DNA of 51,350 nt from Polyangia bacterium (lineage in GTDB: Bacteria > Myxococcota_A > Polyangia > Fen-1088), in contig DATBHU010000168.1 in assembly GCA_036557265.1 (NCBI GenBank), forward strand, positions 1 through 51,350, given 5' to 3'. Both the position numbers and the translations under genes were made by a program. The notes beneath the pieces are model-generated. The model made no database searches. It had not been told where the DNA came from and saw nothing but the letters and a program-made list of their open reading frames with translations. Below, piece after piece: positions 1 through 8,409 of this stretch; within the stretch, counting starts at the first letter, position 1, and the number at the start of each line of letters is the position of its first letter.

Positions 1-1
1 C

Positions 2-220
2 CCCACGCGCCTCGAGATAGCGCTCCTCTGGGCGACGATCCCCTTCGACCTCCACGATCCGCTGTTCGTGGTCGAGGTCGGCGGCCACCATCTGATCCTG
101 GTGATGACGGAGGACGGCAAGCGCATCGTCTGGATCGACGACCTGGCGGGCGCGACCTTCCCGCCCGGCAAGGGCATCGCGCTGCCGCCGGCCCCGACCT
201 ACGAAGCACGCCGCGGTTGA
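2..220 (+). CDS. 3' end of a hypothetical protein whose start lies upstream of the window
   Basis: Frame 2 is open from the window edge to TGA at 218-220. Nearly every third position is G/C, as in the confirmed neighbours. The tail reads ...FVVEVGGHHLILVMTEDGKRIVWIDDLAGATFPPGKGIALPPAPTYEARRG. No family recognised. Confidence 0.45.
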   Translation, partial: PTRLEIALLWATIPFDLHDPLFVVEVGGHHLILVMTEDGKRIVWIDDLAGATFPPGKGIALPPAPTYEARRG

Positions 221-221
221 T

Positions 222-238
222 ACTGAACATTTGATTAG
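222..238. promoter_or_regulatory. Candidate LexA (SOS) operator upstream of dinB
   Basis: An A/T-rich island (ttgatACTGAACATTTGATTAGct) sits in otherwise GC-rich DNA. Its reverse complement CTAATCAAATGTTCAGT matches 13 of 17 positions of the Myxococcus-type LexA box CTRHAMRYBYGTTCAGS as I recall it, including the whole GTTCAG arm. It ends 17 nt before the ATG of a Y-family polymerase gene. Confidence 0.35.
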
Positions 239-254
239 CTATCGTCGGGCTGTC

Positions 255-1538
255 ATGTCGACGGCGGCGGCGGCGGCGCGATCGGGGCCCCTGGCGCGGC
301 CGCGCATCTGCTGCCTCGACCTGGACACGTTCTTCGTCTCGGTCGAGCGCGTTCTCGATCCGTCGCTCGAGGGCAAACCGGTCGTCGTGGGCGGGCAGCC
401 GGGCACGCGCGGCGTGGTGACGGCCGCGAGCTACGAGGTGCGCCGCCTGGGCGTGAAGTCGGGCCTGTCGCTGATCGAAGCGGGCAAGCTGGCGCCCCAT
501 GCGATCTACCTGCCGACCCGCGGCGACACCTACGGCGAGTACGCCGACCGCGTCCGCGAGATCGCACGGCGCTACTCGCCCGTCGTGCTGGTGGCCAGCA
601 TCGACGAGATGTTCCTCGACTTCTCGGGCTGCGAAAAGCTGTACGGGCGCCTGGAGGATGAGAGCGGCGACGCCGCCATCGAGCGCGCGGTCCTGGACAT
701 GACGGGCGCGATCGACCGCGAGCTCGGCCTGCCCGCGAGCGCCGGCATCGCCACCAGCAAGGTGATGTCGAAGGTCGCCTCCGGCCTGGCCAAGCCGCGC
801 GGGGTGATGCTGGTGCCGGCGGGCGTCGAGCAGGCCGTGCTGGCGCCGCTGCCGGTCCGATCGTTCCCCGGCATCGGCCCCGTCGCCGAGAGCAAGCTGC
901 ACGCGGCGGGCTACGAGACGCTGGGCGCCGTCGCCGAGGCGCCGCTGGAGGCGCTGCGCGAGATCTTCGGGGCGTGGGCGCCGGCGATCCAGCGGGGCGT
1001 GCACGGGCAGGGCTCGGGCGACCTCGGACGCGAGCGCCCGGCGTTCTCCGAGCACGATCCGGAGGGCGAGACGGTCGGAAGCATCTCGAACGAACGGACG
1101 TTCCGCGAGGACGTCTCCGACGCGGCCGTCATCCAGTCGGTGCTGTGCGGCCTCACCGAGCGCGTCTGCTGGCGCGCGCGCAAGCGCCGCATCAAGGCGC
1201 GCACCGTGACTTTGAAGCTGCGCTACGCCGACTTCCACACGCTGACCCGGGCGCGCACGCTGGCGCCGACCAGCTCGGAGCTCGAGCTCTACCCGGTGCT
1301 GAAGGAGATGCTGGCGGCGGCGCGCACCCGCCGCCTGCCGGTGCGGCTGCTGGGCGTGCAGCTGTCGAACCTGGGCGTGTTCGAGCAGCTGTCGCTTTTC
1401 GACCAGCACGAGAAGGCGGCTGCGGTCGTCGACCGGATCCGCGAGCGCTACGGCTTCTCGACGGTCACGCTGGCCACGCAGCTGGGCGGCAGCGGCAAGA
1501 CCCTGGTGGGGCGCCGCTCCGTCGGGCGCGGCGGCTGA
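255..1538 (+). CDS. dinB: DNA polymerase IV (Y-family translesion polymerase)
   Basis: ORF 231..1538. Motifs CLDLDTFFVSVE, KPVVVGG, TASYEVRRLGVKSG and SIDEMFLD are typical of DinB/Pol IV. I prefer ATG 255 over the TTG at 231 that opens the ORF. Confidence 0.9.
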   Translation: MSTAAAAARSGPLARPRICCLDLDTFFVSVERVLDPSLEGKPVVVGGQPGTRGVVTAASYEVRRLGVKSGLSLIEAGKLAPHAIYLPTRGDTYGEYADRVREIARRYSPVVLVASIDEMFLDFSGCEKLYGRLEDESGDAAIERAVLDMTGAIDRELGLPASAGIATSKVMSKVASGLAKPRGVMLVPAGVEQAVLAPLPVRSFPGIGPVAESKLHAAGYETLGAVAEAPLEALREIFGAWAPAIQRGVHGQGSGDLGRERPAFSEHDPEGETVGSISNERTFREDVSDAAVIQSVLCGLTERVCWRARKRRIKARTVTLKLRYADFHTLTRARTLAPTSSELELYPVLKEMLAAARTRRLPVRLLGVQLSNLGVFEQLSLFDQHEKAAAVVDRIRERYGFSTVTLATQLGGSGKTLVGRRSVGRGG

Positions 1539-1560
1539 TCCGGCTGGTTCGGTCGGCGCT

Positions 1561-2334
1561 TCAGCGGCCCGACAGCGCCGGCAGGCGCTGCCGCACGGCC
1601 TCGGGCAGGTTGCGGACGACGGCCATGATCGGCCGCCAGAACCAGGGGACGTAGGCCTCGGCGCGGCCCGCGTCGATGGCGGCGACGATGTCGGCGGCGA
1701 CCGCGCCGGGCTGCGCGAACAGCAGGTTCTTCTCGTGCGTGGCGGTCATCGGCGTGTGCACCGGCCCGAGCTTCAGCGTGTGGACGCCGACACCGCACGG
1801 CCACAGGCGCGTGCGCAGCCCCTGCAGGTAGATGTTGAGCGCGCCCTTCGCCGCGCCGTACGTGTAGTTGCGCGGGCGGCCGCGATCGCCGGCGACCGAC
1901 GACAGCACCGCGATGTGGCCCGGGCGGCCGGCGGCTTCGAAGTGGTTGGCGAGCGGCACCAGCACCTCGACCACCGACCAGAAGTTCGTGTCGACGATCC
2001 GCCGCGCCTCGGCGACGTCGCGCTCGCTCGCCAGCTGATCGCCGAGCAGGCCGTGCGCGATCACCGCGACGTCGAGGCGGCCAGCCAGCGTGTCGACCGC
2101 GGCGGCGACGGCGCCGGCCGCCGCGCCCGGCGCCGTCAGATCGACCGCGCGCCAGCCGGCGACGGCGGCGTTGACCGTCGTCAACAGCGCGCGCAGCTTA
2201 TCGGGATCGCGTCCGGCCAGGAACAGGCGCGCGCCGCGGCCGGCGTAGAGGCGCGCGATCTCGGCGGCGATCGCCGAGGTGGCGCCGAAGATCGCGACGT
2301 GCGGGGGTTCGTGTTCGGAGGCGGTCACGGTCAC
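1561..2334 (-). CDS. Short-chain dehydrogenase/reductase (SDR) family oxidoreductase
   Basis: This is the C-terminal 257 aa of ORF 1561..2739. It has the Rossmann motif IFGATSAIAAEIARLY and the YxxxK active site (NYTYGAAKGAL). The upstream 135 aa of the ORF overlap the divergent sigma gene and look like noise, so I start at GTG 2334 (GTG 2328 is an alternative). Confidence 0.85.
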   Translation of the reverse strand: MTVTASEHEPPHVAIFGATSAIAAEIARLYAGRGARLFLAGRDPDKLRALLTTVNAAVAGWRAVDLTAPGAAAGAVAAAVDTLAGRLDVAVIAHGLLGDQLASERDVAEARRIVDTNFWSVVEVLVPLANHFEAAGRPGHIAVLSSVAGDRGRPRNYTYGAAKGALNIYLQGLRTRLWPCGVGVHTLKLGPVHTPMTATHEKNLLFAQPGAVAADIVAAIDAGRAEAYVPWFWRPIMAVVRNLPEAVRQRLPALSGR

Positions 2335-2454
2335 GGCGCAATAGTACGCCGGTATGGTGATCGCCCGTACGCTGTCGGAGCCGCGAAAAATCCGGCCCGC
2401 GACCTGATCATCGCGAAGTGATCTCGACGGGATTTCGTGCCACCATCCGCGCGC

Positions 2455-3123
2455 ATGGACCCCGACATCGCCCTGCTGGAGCGATGGCGCGCGGGTGACC
2501 GGCGCGCGGGAGAGGAGTTGTTCGCGCGGCACTTCGCGCAGGTGTTCCGCTTCTTCGACGGCAAGGTCGGCGCGCGCGCGGAAGATCTGACGCAGCAGAC
2601 GTTTCTGGCGTGTGTGAAATCGCGGGACCAGTTCCGCGCCGAATCGACGTTCCGGACGTTTCTGTTCGGCATCGTCTGGAACGAGCTGCGCCACTACCTG
2701 CGCCGCGAGGTGAAGCTGGAACAGATCGACTTCGATCAATCATCGCTGAGCGAGCTGACCGCGCTGATGACCTCGCCCGCGAGCGCCATCGACCGCGCCC
2801 GTGAGGCGCGCGCGCTGCACGAGGCGCTGGCGCAGCTTCCCGTCGCGCAGCAGATCCTGCTCGAGTACCACTACTGGCACGACCTGGACGCGGACGCGCT
2901 CGCCGCGCTGTTCGGCGTGCCGGCGGGGACGATCCGCACGCGCCTGACGCGCGCCCGCCAGGCGCTGCGCGAGCGCATCGCGAAGACCGGCTCGGGCGCG
3001 GCGCTCGCCGACGCGGGCGACGCGCTGGTGACGTCGCTGATCACGTCGGAGGCGGAGGACAAGGCGGAGGACGAGGCCGGGGACAAGAAGGACGGGAAGC
3101 TCGCGAACGGCGAGCCTCGGTAA
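2455..3123 (+). CDS. ECF-type RNA polymerase sigma-70 family factor
   Basis: Region 2 is present (GDRRAGEELFARHFAQVFRFF, AEDLTQQTFLACV), as is the region 4 HTH (ADALAALFGVPAGTIRTRLTRARQALRERI). ATG 2455 gives the usual short N-terminus. There is an acidic/Lys-rich C-terminal tail. Confidence 0.9.
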   Translation: MDPDIALLERWRAGDRRAGEELFARHFAQVFRFFDGKVGARAEDLTQQTFLACVKSRDQFRAESTFRTFLFGIVWNELRHYLRREVKLEQIDFDQSSLSELTALMTSPASAIDRAREARALHEALAQLPVAQQILLEYHYWHDLDADALAALFGVPAGTIRTRLTRARQALRERIAKTGSGAALADAGDALVTSLITSEAEDKAEDEAGDKKDGKLANGEPR

Positions 3124-3168
3124 CGAACGAGTAGGTGCTGGCACTACCAGAAGGGGGGAAGTATCCAG

Positions 3169-4623
3169 ATGAAGAACCGAAAACGACTGATGTTGTTGGG
3201 GGCGATCGCGGTCGCGGCGGGCGTGCTGCTGGGCGACTCGGTCGCCCGCGCGAGCATCTGCTACTACTGCGGAAGCAACTCGGCGACCGTCGGCGATGGC
3301 ATCGTCTTCGACGAGCTGAACGGCGGCGGCGACCAGCGACCGAACGGGCCCAAGGTCACCGGCGCGCGGCTCGCCGATGGAACCGATGTCATCGTGAAGG
3401 TCCACCGCCATTTTCTGTACGCGCAGGCCAAACGAGGACCGAGGATCTATCGAGGCCAGGAGCTGGTCGGCTTGATCGTCGACCTCAAGATGGACGACGG
3501 TCGCGCCTACCAGATCAGGTTGATGAGTGTCTGGGACGGGTGTCTCAACACCGACACCCAATGCCACGACAAGGAGCGAAAAGACCAGCCGCCAACGCAG
3601 TGCCAACGCCAGACCTTCTGGGTCAGCCCTTTCGAAGAGGTTCCGTACTACGACTTCAAGGTCAGAAAGACCTCTCGCCGGACGGGCGTGGGTGCCCTCG
3701 ATCCGGAGGACCCGAAAGCCGGGAACGATCCCCGCCGAGGACGCGACCGCCCGCTCGTGATCAGCGCCCCTGCCAAGGCCGAGGGCGCGAAGGCCGACCG
3801 GTACGGATACGGCAGCTGCGGCGGGCGATGCCAGGAGGAGGAGTTCCAGGAGCACATCTGCAAGGGCCCGTATCGATCCGACGACACGTTGTGGAAGAAC
3901 ATCGATGCGACGGCGATCGTGTTCGCGGGCGACCACTACGACACCGCGGAGAAGACGGTCAGCAAGATCGACGAGAAGAAGGGCTGGTTCAACCTCGCGT
4001 GCGCCGGGACGGCTCCCTACAAGATGCACATGCTTCGACACACGGAGGCCGGCAGCATCACGCCCGACGGAACGCCCCGCAACACGACGCTCCCGCAGCG
4101 GACCGCGATGCTGAAGGCGATCACCGCCGACTACTGCGGCGACGGCAGAGGCTGGACGGGAGACGGAACACCGCTCTACTGGGCGGACGCGCAAGGCTTC
4201 TACCAGTGGCCGTCGGCGAACATCCTCGGCGAACCGGACAGCAGAGGGATCGAAGCGATCTGGGGTCCCACCGGCGCGCTCTGCCTCAATACACCGCGGC
4301 GCAAGCCCGACCCGCCCGCTCCGCTATCGACCTATCCCCAGTGCAACGCACCCTCGGTCGAACGGTCGGTCGTGGAGTCGATCTGCAGCAGTAGCACCCC
4401 CAAGAGGACCTACACGATAGCGCCACCCGGACCGGGAAAGGCGGCGAGCACTGTGGGGAAGATTCCGGAGTGCGACGCCGCCTGGGCAGAGTGGTGGAAG
4501 CGAGAATACGAGAAGTCGCCCAAGGGCGCGTTCCCGTACGTCCTGACCGTCAACCGCGAGAAGCACGCCGACGCGGTGAAGTACTGCAACCCGCCCGGCA
4601 ACCCGGTGCCGCCGGCGCACTAA
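3169..4623 (+). CDS. Secreted ADYC-domain protein
   Basis: A GGGGGGAAG ribosome-binding site lies 8 nt upstream of the ATG. The signal peptide is MKNRKRLMLLGAIAVAAGVLLG. The C-terminal half carries the MLKAITADYCGDGRGWTGDGTPLYW signature that names the ADYC domain, a family found mostly in Myxococcota. The protein is Cys-rich. Confidence 0.8.
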   Translation: MKNRKRLMLLGAIAVAAGVLLGDSVARASICYYCGSNSATVGDGIVFDELNGGGDQRPNGPKVTGARLADGTDVIVKVHRHFLYAQAKRGPRIYRGQELVGLIVDLKMDDGRAYQIRLMSVWDGCLNTDTQCHDKERKDQPPTQCQRQTFWVSPFEEVPYYDFKVRKTSRRTGVGALDPEDPKAGNDPRRGRDRPLVISAPAKAEGAKADRYGYGSCGGRCQEEEFQEHICKGPYRSDDTLWKNIDATAIVFAGDHYDTAEKTVSKIDEKKGWFNLACAGTAPYKMHMLRHTEAGSITPDGTPRNTTLPQRTAMLKAITADYCGDGRGWTGDGTPLYWADAQGFYQWPSANILGEPDSRGIEAIWGPTGALCLNTPRRKPDPPAPLSTYPQCNAPSVERSVVESICSSSTPKRTYTIAPPGPGKAASTVGKIPECDAAWAEWWKREYEKSPKGAFPYVLTVNREKHADAVKYCNPPGNPVPPAH

Positions 4624-4625
4624 GT

Positions 4626-7304
4626 TTAGCTGCCCGACCGACCGGCCAGGCGATCGAGCTCCTGGATCTCGGCGCTCGAGCCGCCGGCCGGTCGCAGCCA
4701 AGCAACCGCCGCCTCCGCATGCGGCGCGATCTCGGCGGGCGGCGCGTGCAGCGCGGCCAGGACCTCCGCGAGCTCGGCGCGGGCCCGACCGAGCCTTCGC
4801 TCGACGCCACCGTCGGAGTGCTTGGCGGCAAGGTCCCGTAGCGTCTCCAAGGTCTGCGCCAGGATCGCCTTGGCCTCGCGAAGTTGCCCCATGGCGCGGC
4901 GCGCCCGCGCGAGTCCCAGCTCCAAGTTCGCGCGCTCGTAGCGATCCCACCACGGTTCATCTTTCGACACGGGCATCGCTGCGAGCGCCGACGTAAACTC
5001 CTTCGAGGCGCGCACCGCATCGCCCTCCCACAGACGCAAGTAGGGGGACACGATCGGAAACGCCGGGTCGGTCACGACGTCCAACGACTCCGCGCGCCGC
5101 ATCGCCGCGACGGCAGCCGGGACATCGTTCAGCTCGCGGCGCAGATAGGCCTCCTCGGACCAACACCGCATCGCGCGTGACTTGTCGTGCAGTTCCAGGC
5201 CGGCGCACGCGGACTTCAACAGCTCGGCGGCTCGCGCGAAGCGCATCAGGCGCCGGCCTCTGAGCCATCGCGTGTTCAGGGTCTCGGGATGATCGGCTCC
5301 CAGCGCATTCGCCTTCTCGATCTCGGCTTCTTCCAGGACTCGATCGCGTCGCTCGGGATCGTCGATCGTGAAACCGAGATTGACACGAACGTTGAGCAGC
5401 TCGGCGGCGCCGGGGCCCGTGACGCCCTTCGCCTCCTGCAAGGCATGCTCGAACGCGCCGCGCGCACGCTCGCGATGATCGAGGGCGATCTCGACGGAGC
5501 CGACGTTGTTGTAAAGGAGGGCGCGCGCGAACGCGGACACCGATCGCTTCGCGGCAGCGGCCTCGACGACGTCGAGACCGGAGAGCGATTCTGGACCGTC
5601 GGCCGATGTACCGCGGGTCCAGGCGCGTCGCGCCCAGGCCTCGACCGCCAACGAGTCGTCGCCCTCCTCGAACGCCAGCGTGAACGCCTCGGTCAACGGC
5701 GGCGTCGCGGCAGTCCGGTCCTCCATCCCCATCGTTGCGTGACCGAGTACCAGCAACGTCTCCGCGAGCAACGGTCGATATCCGAGGGAGCGCGCTTCCA
5801 TCGCGACCGCGTCGGCGATCGCGCGTGCCTCTTCGTTTTTTCCTGCAGCGATCTGAACGCGCGCGGCCGACATACGACCGCGCAGCTCCGCGACGCGCGC
5901 CGAGATCGCGGCGGGCGGAGGCTCGGCGTTGGCGAGCAGCGACTGCAGGTCGCCGCAGCCGTCGGGATCGGGTAGCGCCTGCGCGGCGGTCACCAGATCG
6001 GGAAGCGCCTTGGCGTCGGCGGTCCGGACCAGGTCGGCGACCGCCGTGAGCGCGGCGCGGCCGCGCTCGAGGCAGGCCATGCGCCGATCCATCAGCGCGT
6101 CCGATTGCACGCCGTGGGCGTGCGCCAGACAGGCGTCGCGGTAACCGCCTGCCCAGCGCTGCGCGTGTTCGGCGAGCTGGCGCTCGAGCCGCGGCTGCAC
6201 CGAACGGCCGTAGTCGCTCAGGCCGCCGATGCGCGCGAGCGCCGGGGCCCGGCCGCCGTCGCCCCACACCGCGGCCAGCCGCGCCTCGCCCGCGTTGCAC
6301 GCCTCAGCGCGGCTCGCCTGCGTGGACCGCCCGGCGACGAACGCCACCACGCCGGCGACGGCCAGCACCGCCCCCGTAATGCGCCGCCGCCGCACGACCA
6401 CGGGATCGTGCGACAGCACGCGCAGCAGGTCGGCCATCGATGCGAAGCGATCCGCCGGATCGGGCGCGGCGCCGCGGTCGATCGCGGCCTGCAGCCAGCG
6501 CGGCAGCGCCGCGCCCCCGCGCGCCGGGCGCAGCCTCTCCTTCAGCGACTCGGCCAGCGCCGTGCAGAAGCCGTACTGATCGGTGACGGCGGTGATGGGC
6601 GCGCCGATCTGCTGCTCGGGCGCCATGTATTTGGGCGTGCCGCCGCGTCGGTGACCCGACGCGGGCCGGTCCGGATCCTCCGCCTCGCACGCCAGGCCGA
6701 AGTCGACGACGCGGACGCGGCCGTCATTGCCCATGATGGCGTTGTCGGGCTTGAAGTCGCGGTGGACCAGTCCGGCCGCGTGCGCGGCCGCCAGCGCCTC
6801 GCCCGCCTGCAGGTACGCCTTCACGATCTCGCGCTGCGTGCGCCCCTTCGCCCACTGCGCGAGCGTCCGCCCCAGCACCAGCTCCATCACGATGTAGAGG
6901 TGCGCGCCCGTGACGCCGACGTCGTAGATCGGCACGACGTTGGGATGCGACAGGCGCGCCAGCGCCCGCCCCTCCGCCAGCGCGCTGTCGACGGTGGCGC
7001 CGGGGACGTGGACGACCTTCAGCGCGACGGTGCGGTCCAGCTGCGGATCGTAGGCGGCATAGATGACGCCCATGCCGCCGGCGCCCAGCCGATTGAGCAG
7101 CTGGAAGCGCCCCACCCCGGGCGCGTCGCCGACGCCGAACAGGTCCGCTGCCATCCGCGCCTGCGCGAACAGCAGCCCCGGCGGATCGGCGGGCCGCGCC
7201 CGCGCCAGCTCGTCGCCGATGCTGGTCTGGGTGGTCTCGAGGGCGGCAGGCGAATCGTCCCCTTCCCGCAATTCCTGCGAACCGGGGACGCGGCTCATCG
7301 ACAA
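4626..7304 (-). CDS. Hanks-type Ser/Thr protein kinase with one TM helix and a large TPR-like extracytoplasmic region
   Basis: Kinase motifs are GAGGMGVIY, VALKVV, HRDFKPDNAIM, DFGLA and GTPKYMAPEQ. A TM segment (ITGAVLAVAGVVAFVAG) follows, then about 550 aa of helical-repeat sequence. Confidence 0.9.
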   Translation of the reverse strand: MSMSRVPGSQELREGDDSPAALETTQTSIGDELARARPADPPGLLFAQARMAADLFGVGDAPGVGRFQLLNRLGAGGMGVIYAAYDPQLDRTVALKVVHVPGATVDSALAEGRALARLSHPNVVPIYDVGVTGAHLYIVMELVLGRTLAQWAKGRTQREIVKAYLQAGEALAAAHAAGLVHRDFKPDNAIMGNDGRVRVVDFGLACEAEDPDRPASGHRRGGTPKYMAPEQQIGAPITAVTDQYGFCTALAESLKERLRPARGGAALPRWLQAAIDRGAAPDPADRFASMADLLRVLSHDPVVVRRRRITGAVLAVAGVVAFVAGRSTQASRAEACNAGEARLAAVWGDGGRAPALARIGGLSDYGRSVQPRLERQLAEHAQRWAGGYRDACLAHAHGVQSDALMDRRMACLERGRAALTAVADLVRTADAKALPDLVTAAQALPDPDGCGDLQSLLANAEPPPAAISARVAELRGRMSAARVQIAAGKNEEARAIADAVAMEARSLGYRPLLAETLLVLGHATMGMEDRTAATPPLTEAFTLAFEEGDDSLAVEAWARRAWTRGTSADGPESLSGLDVVEAAAAKRSVSAFARALLYNNVGSVEIALDHRERARGAFEHALQEAKGVTGPGAAELLNVRVNLGFTIDDPERRDRVLEEAEIEKANALGADHPETLNTRWLRGRRLMRFARAAELLKSACAGLELHDKSRAMRCWSEEAYLRRELNDVPAAVAAMRRAESLDVVTDPAFPIVSPYLRLWEGDAVRASKEFTSALAAMPVSKDEPWWDRYERANLELGLARARRAMGQLREAKAILAQTLETLRDLAAKHSDGGVERRLGRARAELAEVLAALHAPPAEIAPHAEAAVAWLRPAGGSSAEIQELDRLAGRSGS

Positions 7305-7393
7305 GCCTGCCTCGCCATGTCTGACGATAGTAACGCGCCCGCCCCGATTTCTTGCGCGAGTAAGATGTTGACGGCGGGGCCGCCGCCCGGGCC

Positions 7394-7729
7394 CTACATG
7401 CCGGGCATCGGCACCAGCTCCACGATCTCGATCGAGCTGTCCTTCATCGTGAAGTGCGGGTGGCCCTTCAGGCTCTCGGCCAGCGCTTCCTTCGATTCAG
7501 CCTGGAGGACCGAGTAGCCGCCCAGATCGTTGCTGGTCGGCGTGGCGCCCTTGGCCGTGACGACCATGGCCTTCCCGAGCGGTCCGCCCATGTCGACGAT
7601 CGACGAAGCGGCCTTCTGGCTCCACTTCATCCATTCGTCCATGCCCTTCTTCTGCTGTTCGGGCGGCGCCTTCATCACCTCCGCGAACGCCGCCGCCGAC
7701 GCCTTGTAGAGAACGAGAAACTTTTTCAT
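7394..7729 (-). CDS. Small hypothetical protein (about 111 aa, possibly a dimeric alpha/beta-barrel fold)
   Basis: This is the inner part of ORF 7394..7771, starting at MKKFLVLYKASAAAF. Third positions are G/C-biased. It lies 42 nt downstream of the preceding gene on the same strand. The fold suggestion is only a guess from length and N-terminus. Confidence 0.55.
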   Translation of the reverse strand: MKKFLVLYKASAAAFAEVMKAPPEQQKKGMDEWMKWSQKAASSIVDMGGPLGKAMVVTAKGATPTSNDLGGYSVLQAESKEALAESLKGHPHFTMKDSSIEIVELVPMPGM

Positions 7730-7771
7730 CTGGGAGCGATAAGGCCGCCCGCGCCGATCCGCAACCAGCAA

Positions 7772-8236
7772 TCAGGCGACGCCCGGTTCGCCCGCGCGTT
7801 CGCGGTCCTCGAGGTCGGCGAGCGTGCCGTAGAGATCGGCGTTGTCGCTGACGACGATCGCATCGTCCGCGAGCGGAACGGGCACGGCGCGCATCGCACG
7901 CAGGAACTGCGACAGCTGCGGCCCCGGCGCGGCGAGCGCCTCCGGCCGGCAATAGACGACCACCAGCTGCTTGCCGCGGGCGGTGACGATCCGGCCGCGA
8001 AGAAAGCCGCCGTAGTCGGGCTCGTCGTCGAGAATGTGCTCGTACCCCCTCGGCACGTTGCGCGCGTGCGCGTCGCGCGCGTCGTGGAGCCGCCCGTCGG
8101 GGTACGCCCAGAAGACGAAGTCGGGCCGGCCGTGGGTCAGCTCCTTGATCGCGCCGCGCCGGCCGGCGTACCGTTCGGCGAGGAACGGGAACACCTGCGC
8201 GAGCGCCTCGCGCGCGATGGAACCGACGGTGATCAT
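7772..8236 (-). CDS. Hypothetical protein (154 aa)
   Basis: This is the inner part of ORF 7772..8419, starting at MITVGSIAREALAQ. GAGG lies 6 nt upstream of the ATG. Codon bias is coding-like. No family recognised. Confidence 0.6.
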   Translation of the reverse strand: MITVGSIAREALAQVFPFLAERYAGRRGAIKELTHGRPDFVFWAYPDGRLHDARDAHARNVPRGYEHILDDEPDYGGFLRGRIVTARGKQLVVVYCRPEALAAPGPQLSQFLRAMRAVPVPLADDAIVVSDNADLYGTLADLEDRERAGEPGVA

Positions 8237-8240
8237 GCCG

Positions 8241-8284
8241 ACCTCACGACCTGACGACCTGACGACCTGACGACCTGACGACCT
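8241..8284. repeat. 8-bp tandem repeat, 5.5 units (ACCTCACG, then ACCTGACG x4, then ACCT)
   Basis: Read directly from the sequence. The array begins 5 nt upstream of the ATG (8236) of the minus-strand gene 7772..8236. One inverted copy, AGGTCGTC at 8298..8305, can pair with any unit; for the last unit this gives an 8-bp stem and a 13-nt loop. Confidence 0.9.
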
Positions 8285-8409
8285 ACATTGTCGTACGAGG
8301 TCGTCACCGGCGGTGGCGCAACCTGGTCCGTACGGGCGAACGGAAATGCACGGTGCAGGTATCCGATCCGGCGCGGGGCTCGTAGATCCATGACCGAGGC
8401 TGAAGCATC

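Noticed and set aside
3130-5900. Lower-GC3 stretch considered as a mobile genomic island
   Set aside because: There is no integrase, transposase, tRNA target or flanking direct repeats. I kept it only as a compositional observation.
8241-8284. Tandem repeat considered as a possible CRISPR array
   Set aside because: The units are only 8 bp and directly abut with no spacers. No cas genes are present in the window.
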